A stretch of DNA of 64,000 nt. Source: an uncultured Bacteroidota bacterium. GTDB taxonomy: Bacteria > Bacteroidota > Bacteroidia > AKYH767-A > 2013-40CM-41-45. The notes below the pieces were generated by a model. That model was not told where the DNA came from, searched no databases, and saw only the letters and a program-made list of their open reading frames with translations. Positions 18,946-33,900 of this stretch are shown in pieces; the stretch's first letter is position 1; each line of letters starts with the position of its first letter. The translations under genes were made by a program, and so were the position numbers. The DNA lies in NCBI GenBank assembly GCA_963775555.1, contig CAVZJJ010000004.1, positions 30,814 through 94,813 of the forward strand. Reading direction: 5' to 3'.

Positions 18946-21900
18946 GGCAGGACCCACAACTCTGGTCTTACAAGATGGCTTGAATGGATACAGCGGGACA
19001 AGAGATACTTATATTTGGGAAACTACGCCTGCTACTCCGCGAGGAGCGGAAACAACCTTCGTACAGGATATCAATGCCAGTGATGAACGAAGATCCTTAC
19101 TGCTTTTCGATTTGTCGTCTATACCTTCAGGTGCCAGCATTCAATCTGCAGAGCTACAATTTTATGTTGATGCAGAAGGCGAGGGCTTTAACATGCATCG
19201 GATGCTTGTTCCCTGGGATGAGGCAACAGTATGCTACACTTCAATTGGTAACAGACATTTTGCAGCCAATAGCACAGATGCAGAATCTGCTGTAGATATC
19301 AATTGGCCAGGAAATCTTGGTTACACCGGATTCATTACTATTACAGTTCCTGCATCCACTGTACAGGATTGGATCAATGGAACGATGACGAATAATGGCT
19401 GGTTGATGATCGGCACTCATGCAACGAATGGACAGCAATTAAGATCAAGAGAGTATGCAACGGCAGGAGACCGGCCTAAATTGACAGTAATATATTCTAC
19501 TGCCATTGTTCCTCTGATTACAATTTCCGGCACACCACTCAGTGCTTTCAGCAGCCAGGCAGGTTCTCCTTCCACGGAGCAGAGCTATACAGTATCCGGA
19601 AGCAATCTTACAGACAGTATTCTCATTACTGCTCCTGCTGATTTTGAAATTTCAACAATTCTGGGTGGCGACTACGGTCCATTTATCACTTTGTACCCAA
19701 GCGGAAACGCTGTTTCATCAACCACGATCTATGTGCGGCTCAATCGGTCAACAGGCGGGGCTAGCAGCGGGGACATCACTCACACAAGTAATGGCGCGAC
19801 AACGCAAAATGTATCTCTGAGCGGTACAACCACTGAAACTCTCCCAACGGTAGTATTACAAGATGGCTTGAATGGATACAGTGGCACAAGGGATACCTAT
19901 ATTTGGGATAGTGCTCCTACGACAGTTCGGGGAGCAGAAACGACAATCGTCCAGGATAAAAATGTTTCGCTGAATCCATTGGATGAAAGAATGTCATTGC
20001 TTCAATTTGACCTTACGTCTATACCTACCGGTTCTGTTATTCAATCTGCCGAGTTGCAATTTTATGTTAGTTCTGAAGGACAGGGCTTTGATATGTATCG
20101 CATGTTGGTTCCATGGGATGAAGCAACCTTGACTTATGCGTCGATTGGTAACAGATATTTTGCAGCTGATGATGTTGATGCAGAAGCCGCCGCAAACACC
20201 AGTTGGCCGGGAGTTGATACGTATACCGGCTATATCACAGTTTCGGTTCCCGCATCCACAATACAGGATTGGATAGATGGTACTCTTACAAATAATGGCT
20301 GGTTGATGATTGCCATACACAATGATGATGGTCAACAATTAGCTTCAAGAGAAAATGCCACTGCGGCAAACAGACCTAAATTAACGGTAACCTATTCAAG
20401 CGGTATCGCCAACGTTCCACCGAACCAACCGGTTGATCCTTCGCCGCTTGATCATGTCAGTTCATTATCTACGAGTCCGAATATTTGTGCAACTGTGAGC
20501 GATCCGGATGGAGACCATCTTCAGGTACAATTTTACGGCAGAGTTAAAAGTGGTTCTACTTCTAATTTCACAGTTGTTGGATTGCCCGATACGCAATTCT
20601 ATACAGAAGATCCGCAGGGAGCCAATAGTGGAGGAGGAGGTAGCAATGCAATTTTCAAAGTACAAACACAGTGGATTGCAGATCATCGATTGGACAGCAA
20701 CATTGTTTTTGTCACCCATTTAGGCGACTGTGCACAGAATGGAGACGCAAAAATTATTGAGTGGCAACGTGCCGATACTTCGATGAAAAAAATTGAATAT
20801 CCTAATGTACCAATTACAGATGGTATTCCTTTTGGAATTTGTGTTGGGAATCACGACCAGGGCACCATCGGAAATCCTGATGGAAACACGACTTATTATA
20901 ATCAATTCTTCGGACAGGTGCGGTTTACCGGCCGGGGTTATTATGGAGGGCATTATGGTTCCAACAACGATAACCATTATCAGTTGTTCAGCGCCGGTGG
21001 AATCAATTTCATACATATCAGTATTGAATATTATGTAAATGGAACAACTTCCTCTCTGCAACCGGTGCTTGATTGGGCAGATGCTTTGTTAAAGACTTAT
21101 AGTAACCGGAAAGCAATTTTATCAAGTCATAATATGTTAGGAACAGGAAATCCGGCAAATTTCCAGGGCCCCGGGCAGAAAATCTATGACGACCTGAAAG
21201 ATAATCCGAATCTCATCCTGATGCTTGCGGGGCACGTATCCGGAGAAGGCCGACGCACAGACACGTATAATGGTAACACCATTCACACTCTGATGGCTGA
21301 TTACCAAAGTGGCTATAGCAATGGAGGAAATGGTTATCTCCGAATCATGCAATTCATTCCTGAAGAAAACTTATTGAGCGTAAAAACATTCTCGCCATAT
21401 AGCAATACATCTTTCACAGGAGCAAGCAGTGAATTTACATTACCTGTTAACCTTACACAGGGATACGCCTTGCTGGGAACCAATACGAATGTTACTTCGG
21501 GTACTTCAAGCTGCATTCAATGGCCTTCATTGGTACAGGGACAAGAATATGAATGGTATGTTGTAGTATCTGATGGTGAATACTCAACCACCGGACCTGT
21601 ATGGACATTTACAGCGAACAATGTAAATCCACCGATCGTTACTACTGAACCAATATCTCAAAGCAAATGTGCAGGAGATGCAGTCTCCTTTATTTCAGCT
21701 GCGAGCGGCGACCCTGTTCTGACTGTGCAATGGCAGATCAGTACTGATAATGGAACAAGTTGGAATGATACTACCGGCGCAACAAATCCTACTTTAACAT
21801 TTACAACGACTGCTTCCGACAATGGAAAACAATACAGGGCGATCTGGAGCAATGGCTCAGGAAAAGATACAACGCTGGCCGTAGTTCTTACAATTCATCC

Positions 21901-24900
21901 TGCAATCATAGTTAGTAATGTATCACACAGCGCTATTATATGCAACGGCGGAACGGCCACGGTTACCATTACTGCCGGAGGTGGAACAGCCCCACTGGCA
22001 TATACATTCAATGGTGTTGGTCCGCAGGCAAGCAACATTTTTACAGGCATATCAGCAGGTGCAGCTTATGTGTACAGTGTTAGTGATGCAAACAATTGCG
22101 ATCCTGCGACGGGAACCTTTGATGTATTGGAACCGGCAGCAATCATCTCCTCTACAACTATAACTGCATGCGACAGTTCTGAATGGAACGGTGTTTTTTA
22201 CACTTCTTCAGGAAGTTACACGACCACAGGTCTTATCAGTTCAGCCGGATGTGATTCTTCAGCAACTGTGGTACTGACTATTAATAATAGCACAAGTTCC
22301 AGTCTTTCAGTGACTGCAACGAATACTTACACATGGTCGGCCAATAGTGTTACATATACAGCATCAGGAACCTATACTGCTGTCTCGACTAATGGAGTTG
22401 GATGTACTCAAACAGATACTTTAATCCTGATAATTAATGGCAACTTCGGCAGCAATATTAGTGATGAAAATGCGCTCACAGGTAACCCGCCTTCAGAGTG
22501 GGATAATATCAGCGGCGCCGGTGACCTGAGCATACAAGGATTTGCCACCGACATCAGTGTGAATAGAGGCAACCAGGTTCGCTTTAAAATTAATACAGAT
22601 GCAAGCGCATATACAATTAACATATATCGTCTGGGTTATTACCAGGGAAATGGTGCGAGATGGGTAGGAACCGGGGTTGTTACAGCAACTTTACCTCAGA
22701 CCCAGCCGGCAGATCTTTATGATCCTGTAACGGCACTCACCGATTGTGGTAATTGGGATGAATCAGCGCATTGGGATGTGCCTTCGAATGCTGTTTCCGG
22801 AGTATACATTGCACGGTTGGAAAGAGCAGATAACAATGGTGCCAGCCACATCATCTTTATAGTACGTGATGATTCCGGAAATGCAGACATTTTATTCAAA
22901 ACATCCGATGCAACCTGGCAAGCTTACAATGGCTATGGCGGAAATAGTTTATATCCTCCTGGAGTAGGAGCATCCGGACCGCCTGCTCTCAATCACGCTT
23001 CCAAGGTAAGTTACAACAGACCTTTTTATACACGTGCTGGCGGAGGGGGATCCAGTGCTGCAGAAGACTGGGTGTTTAATGCAGAATACCCTATGATCCG
23101 GTGGCTCGAACGCAACTGTTATAATGTAAGTTATTCTACCGATGTTGACATGGACCGTGACGCAAGTCCGATCACTCCATCGATACATAAAATACTTCTG
23201 TCTGTCGGGCATGATGAATATTGGTCCGCAGCAGAAAGAACGAAATTTGAAAATGCCCGTAACTCAGGTGTTCACCTGGCTTTTTTAAGTGGCAATGAAA
23301 TCTACTGGAAGACCAGATGGGAAAACAGTATAGATGCCAGCAACACGCCTCATCGTACATTAGTATGTTACAAAGAAGGGACACTGGGTGAAAATGTATG
23401 CGGAACCAAATGCGATCCATTGTCCACGGAGTGGACAGGTCTATGGCGTGATGGTTGTGCCTATCCGGGAGCCGATGGCTGTAATCCTGAAAATGCCTTG
23501 ACCGGTCAGATCAGCTGGGTTGGAAGTACAGGTGCTATAACAGTTCCGGATACTTATAAGGCATTCCGCTTTTGGAGAAACACCAGTATTGCATCCCTTG
23601 GAATTGGTCAAACCGCCACGCTTTCCGCCAATACACTTGGATACGAATGGGATCCTGCTTCTACAAATGGAAAATATCCTTATGGTCGCATACTGCTTTC
23701 CAATACTTCACTGAGCCAAACACATAATCTATCCTTATACAGACATTCAAGTGGTGCAGTGGTATTTGGCGCCGGTACGGTACAATGGAGTTGGGGATTA
23801 GATGGTGTGCATGACATGGGAAGTTCCACTGAGGATGTGCGCATGCAGCAGGCCACGATTAATTTATTTGCGGACATGGGTGTTACTCCTGCCTGTATTC
23901 AGGCCGGCTTAGTAGCAAATTCACCCACAGATGTGACTGCACCTTTATCTGTTATTTCGTCACCGGTTAATACAGATACGCTTACTGATGGAAATACAGT
24001 ATCCATAATTGGTACAGCTTCTGATGTAGATGGAGTTGTTGCCGGAGTAGAAGTTTCCTTCGATGGCGGAACAACATGGAACCTAGCCATAGGAACTACA
24101 AGTTGGACTTATTCGTGGACACCCACAACCCTTGGAGCTACAACTATACACAGCAGGGCCTATGATGACAATGGAAATATGGAAGCTACAGGTACTGCTC
24201 CTTCGGCTAATGCAATCAATGTTATTATTACTACAGGGCCGGCTGTTGCATGTCCTTGCAGTATTTTTCAACCTTCAGATACTCCGGTAAATCTTAATGG
24301 AAATGATGGAAATGCCATTGAAGTCGGAACCAAATTTAATTCAAGTGAGAATGGTTATGTAACAGGGGTACGTTTTTATAAAGCAGCCGGAGATAACGGG
24401 ACACATATAGGTAATCTGTGGACCGGAACCGGAACCATATTAGGATCTGTGACATTCACAGGTGAAACGGCAAGTGGGTGGCAGGAAATGAGTTTTGGGT
24501 CACCAATTGCCATCAATGCAGACACTACTTATGTAATATCTTACCACAGCAGTGCTAATTACTATACATTCACTCAAAATTATTTTGCATCCGCTGTTGT
24601 AAATGGATTCTTAAAGGCATTGGCAGATGGGGAAGATGGACCGAATGGCGTCTATACTTATTCTCCATCCACTGCATTTCCAACCAGTTCATATCTAAAA
24701 AGCAACTATTGGGTTGATGTGGTATTTGACACAAGTCTGGCACCAGATGTGACCCCACCAACTGTAATTTCGGTTGTTCCGGCTAATAATGCGAGTTCAA
24801 TCAGTATAAATGCAAGCGTGAATGGGACATTCAACGAAGCAATTGATCCTGCCACACTCAGCGCCTCTACATTTGAGCTTCGTGATCCTTTGAATGCAAT

Positions 24901-27900
24901 AGTGAATGCTTCTGTTTCATATAATGCCGCCACAAGAACTGCAACTCTTACTCCGTCTTCGGCATTGGCTTATTCAACAGTGTATACAGCAAACCTCATT
25001 GGAGGTTTAACGGATCCACGAATAAAGGATGTCGCCGGAAATGCCTTAGCTGCTAACTACTCCTGGACATTCACCACCGAATCTGCTCCGCCACCACCGC
25101 CATCAGAAGGTCCGGGTGGACCAATCCTGGTGATCAGCGATGCTTCAAATCCTTTTAGTCGTTACCCTGTTGAGATTTTGCGTGCAGAAGGATTGAATGA
25201 ATTTTATGCTATGGATATTTCTATAGTAAATGCCGGAGTATTGCTGAATTATGATGTAGTCATTCTTGGAGAAATGACATTAGGCGGTGCCCAGGTAACT
25301 ATGTTAACTGACTGGGTGAATGCAGGAGGAGTACTGATAGCTCTTCGTCCGGATGCACAACTCTCCACATTATTAGGCATTACGGTTGCCGGCGGTAGTC
25401 TTGCTGATAAGTACCTTTTGGTGAACACTGCCACCGGGCCTGGCGTAGGAATTGTGAACCAGACCATTCAGTTCCATGGCGCCGCTGATCAATATAATTT
25501 AAATGGTGCCACTTCATTGGCTACCTTATATTCTGACGCATCAACAACTACTGTATATCCTGCTGTCACAACGAATGATGTGGGAGGTAATGGAGGTAAA
25601 GCCATTTCTTTCACCTACGATCTCGCAAAATCAGTGGTCTACACAAGACAGGGTAATCCTGTCTGGGCGGATCAAAAACGTGATGGACAGACTGGCCCGA
25701 TCCGATCGGACGACCAGTTTTTCCCTGATTGGATTGACTTTAATAAGATAGCGATCCCTCAGGCCGATGAGCAACAACATTTATTAGCCAATATTATTCT
25801 GAAAGGAAATCTTCACAAAAAGCCATTGCCAAGAACCTGGTTCTTGCCTAAAGGATTGAAAGCAGCTGTGGTAATGACCGGTGATGATCATGGGGATGCA
25901 GGAATGCAGCCACGTTTTGATATAAATATTGCAGAGAGTAATGTCGGTTGTTCGGTAGAAGACTGGGAGTGTATTCGCTCGACAGGCTACTTGTATGTAG
26001 GAACGACTTTTACAAATGCACAGGCCATTGCTTATAATAACATGGGTTTTGAAGTTGCCTTGCATGTAAACACTAATTGTCTAAACTTTACGGACACTCA
26101 GTTTCAAAGCTTAATTACAAGCCAGATGGGCGCATTTCAAAGTGTGTACACTGGAATTCCGGCTCCTGCAACCAACAGAAACCATTGTATTGCATGGAGT
26201 GGATATAGTATGACCGCTGAAGTTGAGGCGGCCAACGGTATTCGATTTGATGTAAATTATTATTACTGGCCGGCATCGTGGATAAATAATCGTCCCGGAA
26301 TGTTTACAGGATCCGGAATACCTATGCGCTTTGCAAAAACTGATGGATCTATCATTGATTGTTACCAAGGTACTACTCAAATGCCGGATGAGTCAGGAGA
26401 AACCTTCCCGGCATTTATTAATGCGTTGCTTGATAAAGCCAACGGCCCTGAAGGCTATTATGGTGTATTCACGACTAATATGCATTTTGATAATACTAAT
26501 CATGCCGATGCAAATGCGATTGTTGCATCTGCAAAAGCAAGAGGAATTCCGGTGGTTTCTGCAAAACAAATGCTTGACTGGCTTGATGGGCGGAATGGCT
26601 CATCATTTAATTCCATTCAATGGAGTAATAATCAGTTAAGCTTTGAGGTCAATGCAGCAAGCGGATCGCGCAACATGAAAGGAATGGTTCCCACGGCATG
26701 CGAAAACGGCAACTTAAATTCCATTACATACAACGGAGGATCACTTTCATATACAACCGAAACTATAAAAGGAATTCAGTATGCATTTTTTGATGCCACA
26801 CTAGGAAGTGGAACCTATGTGGCCGATTATAGTCCTGATACCACTGCACCGGTTATTAGCAATATCATTGCCACTCCACATGGAAATGGAACAGCAACTA
26901 TTACCTGGGATACCGATGAACAATCGACTTCATGGGTAGACTATGCTGCATCCCCTGGTACACTCTCATTGAATTCATCTGATCCAGCTCTGGTGACCAG
27001 TCATAGTGTTACGCTCACAGGATTGATGCAGGCACAAACATATTATTTCAGGGTCACTTCAGCAGATTTTGCTACAAACAGCACTACAAGCCCTGTTCCG
27101 CCTGATTCACTCAGCTTTACTATGCCTGCAAGCCCCTGTGCAAGTGATCAAACTTCTGCTGACTTCAATGGAGGTACAACAGTTTCAAATACTTTAATTA
27201 TTCCTGATGGAGATGGAGCAGTAAGTCTTAGTCCTGCTTTAATTGAAGAATTTTCCGGTACAAGTATTCCTTCCGGATGGACAGAAGGAATATTCAATGC
27301 AGGAGGAACTACTTTTAGCGGAGGGGTGGTTACTGTCAATGGAACGCATATTTATTCCAATAGCAATTTTGGACCAGGTAGTTCAATTGAGTTCGCAGCT
27401 ACTTATAATTTAGGAGATTTTCAAAATGTCGGTTTTTCAGATGATCAGCCATTTAACAATAGTCCATGGGTGACAATAGGACAAGGGCTGACACCAGATG
27501 GAAACGTATATGCAAGGGCATCCGATGGGTCGAATATAAATATTGGATCATCTTTATTGGGAACTTCTCATGTGTATCGAATCAATTGGAATGCTACTAA
27601 TTTTGAATTTTATATTGACGGGAATACAACACCGGCTGCAACGATCAATCTAACCGTAGCATCAAATATGTATTTGCAGATCAGTGATGTTCACAGCACG
27701 GATGGGGTACTTTCTGTTGACTGGATACGCTTATTACCCTATGCAACGCCGGGAACATTTATATCACGAATTTTTGATGCGGGTTCTGTGAAGGATTGGG
27801 GCATTGTATCCTGGACTGAAGATTTACCTTCCGGTACTACCCTGCAATTATCGCAACGACAATCCAATTCGAATGTAGCAATCCTTGGTGCATCCTGGAC

Positions 27901-30900
27901 CAGCATACCATTCAATGGAGCTACTATTGGTGGCACTTCACAATACATCCAGTATAAAGCAGATTTTACAACATCAAATACTGCATTTACTCCTGTATTA
28001 ATGGATGTTTCAATTGCGTGTACTACTCCACAGGACTCTCCTCCAACAGTTACTACAGATCCTTTGTCACAAACAAAATGTGATGGAGAAACAGTTTCTC
28101 TTGTATCCGGAGCCTCTGGCAATCCGTTGCCGGATGTACAATGGCAAGTCAGTACAGATAATGGATTAACATGGCAGGATCTCATTAGTGAAACCAATGC
28201 AGTTCTGACTTTCACAGTAAGTAACTCTGAAAATGGATACCAGTATCGTGCAATATGGACAAACACCTTTGGAATTGATACATCATTATCTGCTACACTA
28301 ATAGTCAATGCTGCTCCAAGCGCAACTATTATAGCTGCGAATAATCCGATTTGTCCTGGAGGTATTGTGGAGCTGCAGTTGACCGGTGCTACCGGTGCTT
28401 CTCCTTATTCAATTGTGGTGAATGGCAATACTTATTCCCCTGTAACGGCAGGAACTACCTTTGCAAGCCTGGATCCAACCGAATTCAGTATTTGGGGCAA
28501 TACAGGAAGTCCTGTGAATACAAGTGTAAACGACGGTCAGGACATTGAGGTTGGTACGAAATTCAGATCTACACTAAGTGGATATGTTAACGGAGTTCGT
28601 TTTTACAAAGGGCTCACAAACACGGCAACACATGTTGCGCATTTATGGACATCTGGCGGAACACTTTTAGCAACTGAGACATTCACTTCAGAAACTGCAA
28701 GTGGCTGGCAGGAAGTAAGGTTTACTTCTCCGGTTCCTATTACAGCGAATACTACTTATATCGTATCTTATTTTTCACCTAACCCGGGAAACTTTGCCAT
28801 AAGTGCAGGATTTTTCGCAAGTGCAGGTGTTACAAACGGACCGCTTACAGCTTTACAAGCCGGTATTGACGGGGTAAATGGTGTATATGCATATGGAGGA
28901 GGGTTCCCGAGCGGCGGAAATAATGCAAATTACTGGGTAGATGTTTTGTTCTCACAGATAGATCTGTCTATGCCACTTAGCTTTGACCTAAGTAGCATTA
29001 CAGATAATAATGGATGTATAAACACCGGTAGTCCATTGAGCAATGTAACTGTTACGGTCAATTCATTGCCTGAAGGAACGGTTTCCGCAACACCATCTAC
29101 CGTATGTGATGGTGGCGTGGTCAATCTCACATATACTTCAACAGCAGGTAGCGGACCATTTTCACTTGTTATAAATGGAATCACATATCCTAATATCATT
29201 AGCGGAATACCATTCAGTGCAGGACTTGCCAGCTATTCTGGAACTCCAGCCAGCATCTGGACGCCATCGACAGTTGGTGGTACCAATGTAGTGGATAATA
29301 CGGCAACAGAATTGGGAATACACTTCAGGTCTTCTCTTCCCGGTACAATCTCTGGTATTCGTTTTTATAAAACGGGAACTGACATATTAACCTTCACCGG
29401 TTCGCTCTGGGATTTAGGAAACACTACAATACCTTTGGCAACAGCTTCAATTCTAACAGACGCTACTCCGGGCTGGAAGCAAATTGATTTCCCTAGTCCG
29501 ATAACGATCCCTGCCAATACTACTTACATGGCATCCTATTTTTCTCCGAGTCCAAACTATTACTCTTATACTTCAGGTGGCTTATCTACGCCTGTTGTCA
29601 ATGCTCCATTGACTGCAGAATCAAGTTTTTATAAACAGCCGGGTCCTGGATTCCCTGTCAGCAATAGCACTGCCAATTATTGGGTTGATGTTGTTTTCAA
29701 CAGTGCAACTAGTATATCAACATTTAATCTCACCAGTATTAGTGGTTCTGCAGGTTGCACATCAAGCGGCAGTCCAATTAGTAGTGCCAATGTAAATGTG
29801 TTGAATAATAGTGCTTCATCATCATCCACGCCTATCACAGCCTGTGATTTGTATACATGGAATGGTGTTGCACACAATGCATCGGGTACTTATACCACGA
29901 CAGGACTTACAAATTCTGTAGGATGTGATTCATCAGCAACAGTTGTGCTGACGATCAATTACAGCTCTACATCCAGTTCAACAGAGGATGTCTGTGACAC
30001 ATATACCTGGAACGGAAATACCTACACAGTATCAGGAGTCTATACCTTTAGTTCAACGAATGCAGCAGGTTGTGATTCTACCGCTACATTGAACCTGACG
30101 ATCAGAAACAGTTCAACATCTGCGACGACCGAAGATGTATGTGATTCATATTCGTGGAACGGAACTACCTACACGGCATCAGGAACCTATACTTATTCCA
30201 CGTTAAACGAAGTTGGATGTGATTCAACGGCTACATTGAACCTGACGATCAGAAACAGTTCAACTTCCAGTTCAACGGTGGATGTTTGCGATTCGTATAC
30301 CTGGAATGGAACTACCTACACAACATCAGGAACCTATACTTATTCAACGTTGAACGAAGTTGGTTGTGATTCTACAGCCACTCTGAACTTAACCATCCGC
30401 TATGCTAGCACATCAAGCTCAACAGTAGATGTTTGTGATTCATATACGTGGAACGGAACTACCTACACGGCATCCGGAGTTTATACCTTTAGTTCAACGA
30501 ATGCAGCAGGTTGTGATTCAACAGCGACATTGAACTTAACAATCCGTTACGCTACCACTTCCAGTTCAACGGTGGATGTGTGTGATTCGTATACCTGGAA
30601 TGGAACTACCTACACAGCATCAGGAACCTATACTTATTCCATGCTGAACGAAGCAGGTTGTGATTCTACGGCCACTCTGAACTTAACCATCCGTTATGCT
30701 AGCACATCAAGCTCAACAGTAGATGTATGTGATTCATATTCGTGGAACGGAAATACCTACACGGCATCAGGACTTTATACCTTTAGTTCAACGAATGCAG
30801 CAGGTTGTGATTCAACAGCGACATTGAACTTAACAATCCGTTACGCTACCACTTCCAGTTCAACGGTGGATGTATGTGATTTATATTCGTGGAACGGAAC

Positions 30901-33900
30901 TACCTACACAACATCAGGAACCTATACTTATTCCACGTTAAACGAAGTTGGATGTGATTCTACGGCCACTCTGAACTTAACCATCCGTTATGCAACAACT
31001 TCCAGTTCAACGGTGGATGTTTGCGATTCGTATACCTGGAATGGAACTACCTACACAACATCAGGAACCTATACTTATTCAACGTTGAACGAAGTTGGTT
31101 GTGATTCAACGGCTACATTGAACCTGACGATTCGATCTGCTACAACTTCCAGTTCAACGGTGGATGTTTGCGACAGCTATACCTGGAATGGAACGACTTA
31201 CATTGCATCGGGAGTTTATACCTATAGCACAACAAATGCAGCAGGATGTGATTCGACAGCAACACTCAACTTAACGATCCGTTATGCTACCACATCAAGC
31301 AGTACAGAGGATGTTTGTGACAGCTACACTTGGAACGGTACTACCTATACTGCATCCGGAGTTTATTCGTATAGCACTCTTAATGCTGCAGGTTGTGATT
31401 CAACGGCTACATTGAACCTGACGATCAGAAACAGTTCAACATCTGCTACGACCGAAGATGTATGTGATTCATATTCGTGGAACGGAAATATCTACACGAC
31501 ATCAGGAACCTATACTTATTCCACGTTAAACGAAGTTGGTTGTGATTCTACAGCCACACTGAATCTGACGATCCGATCTGCTACAACTTCCAGTTCAACA
31601 GTAGATGTTTGCGATTCGTATACCTGGAATGGAACTACCTACACAACATCAGGAACCTATACTTATTCTACGTTAAACGAAGTTGGTTGTGATTCAACGG
31701 TTACATTGAACTTAACAATCCGTTACGTTACCACTTCCAGTTCAACGGTGGATGTTTGTGACAGCTATACTTGGAACGGAAATAACTACACAGCATCAGG
31801 AGCCTATACTTATAGCACGCTTAATGCAGCTGGTTGTGATTCAACGGCAACGCTGAATCTGACGATCCGATCTGCTACAACTTCCAGTTCAACAGTGGAT
31901 GTTTGCGATTCGTATACCTGGAATGGAGCTACCTACACGGCATCAGGAACCTATACTTATTCCACGTTAAACGAAGTTGGATGTGATTCAACGGCTACAT
32001 TGAACCTGACGATCAGAAACAGTTCAACTTCCAGTTCAACGGTGGATGTTTGCGATTCGTATACCTGGAATGGAACTACCTACACAACATCAGGAACCTA
32101 TACTTATTCAACGTTGAACGAAGTTGGTTGTGATTCTACAGCCACTCTGGACTTAACCATCCGTTATGCAACAACTTCCAGTTCAACGGTGGATGTGTGT
32201 GATTCATATACGTGGAACGGAACTACCTACACGGCATCCGGAGTTTATACCTTTAGTTCAACGAATGCAGCAGGTTGTGATTCAACAGCGACATTGAACT
32301 TAACCATCCGTTACGCTACCACTTCCAGTTCAACGGTGGATGTGTGTGATTCGTATACCTGGAATGGAACTACCTACACAGCATCAGGAACCTATACTTA
32401 TTCCACGCTGAACGAAGCAGGTTGTGATTCTACGGCCACTCTGAACTTAACCATCCGTTATGCTAGCACATCAAGCTCAACAGTAGATGTGTGTGATTCA
32501 TATTCGTGGAACGGAACTACCTACACAGCATCAGGAACCTATACTTATTCCACGTTGAACGATGTTGGTTGTGATTCTACGGCCACTCTGAACTTAACCA
32601 TCCGTTATGCTAGCACATCAAGCTCAACAGTAGATGTGTGTGATTCGTATACATGGAATGGTAATACCTACACCGCCTCAGGAACCTATACTTATTCCAC
32701 GTTAAACGAAGTTGGATGTGATTCTACGGCCACACTGAATCTGACGATCCGATCTGCTACAACTTCCAGTTCAACAGTGGATGTATGTGATTCATATTCG
32801 TGGAACGGAACTACCTACACAGCATCAGGAGTCTATACCTTTAGTTCAACGAATGCAGCAGGTTGTGATTCTACAGCCACTCTGAACTTAACCATCCGCT
32901 ATGCTAGCACATCAAGCTCAACAGTAGATGTTTGTGATTCATATACGTGGAACGGAACTACCTACACGGCATCCGGAGTTTATACCTTTAGTTCAACGAA
33001 TGCAGCAGGTTGTGATTCAACAGCGACATTGAACTTAACCATCCGTTACGCTACCACTTCCAGTTCAACAGTGGATGTTTGCGATTCGTATACCTGGAAT
33101 GGAGCTACCTACACGGCATCAGGAACCTATACTTATTCCTCGTTAAACGAAGTTGGATGTGATTCAACGGCTACATTGAACTTAACAATCCGTTACGCTA
33201 GCACATCAAGCTCAACAGTAGATGTCTGTGATTCGTATACCTGGAATGGAACTACCTACACAGCATCAGGAACCTATACTTATTCCACATTAAACGAAGT
33301 TGGTTGTGATTCAACGGCTACATTGAACTTAACAATCCGTTACGCTACCACTTCCAGTTCAACGGTGGATGTGTGTGATTCATATACGTGGAACGGAACT
33401 ACCTACACCGCATCAGGAACCTATACTTATTCCACGTTAAACGAAGTTGGATGTGATTCAACAGCGACATTGAACCTGACAATCAGAAACAGTTCAACGT
33501 CCAGTACGACTGAGGATGTGTGTGATTCGTATACCTGGAACGGAACTACCTACACAACATCAGGAACCTATACTTATTCCACGTTAAACGAAGTTGGTTG
33601 TGATTCTACCGCTACATTGAACCTGACAATCAGAAACAGTTCAACATCTGCTACGACCGAAGATGTATGTGATTCATATTCGTGGAACGGAACTACCTAC
33701 ACGACATCAGGAACCTATACTTATTCTACGTTAAACGAAGCAGGTTGTGATTCTACAGCCACTCTGGACTTAACCATTCGTTATGCTAGCACATCAAGCT
33801 CAACAGTAGATGTGTGTGATTCATATTCGTGGAACGGAACTACCTACACAGCATCAGGAATCTATACTTATTCCACGTTAAACGAAGTTGGTTGTGATTC

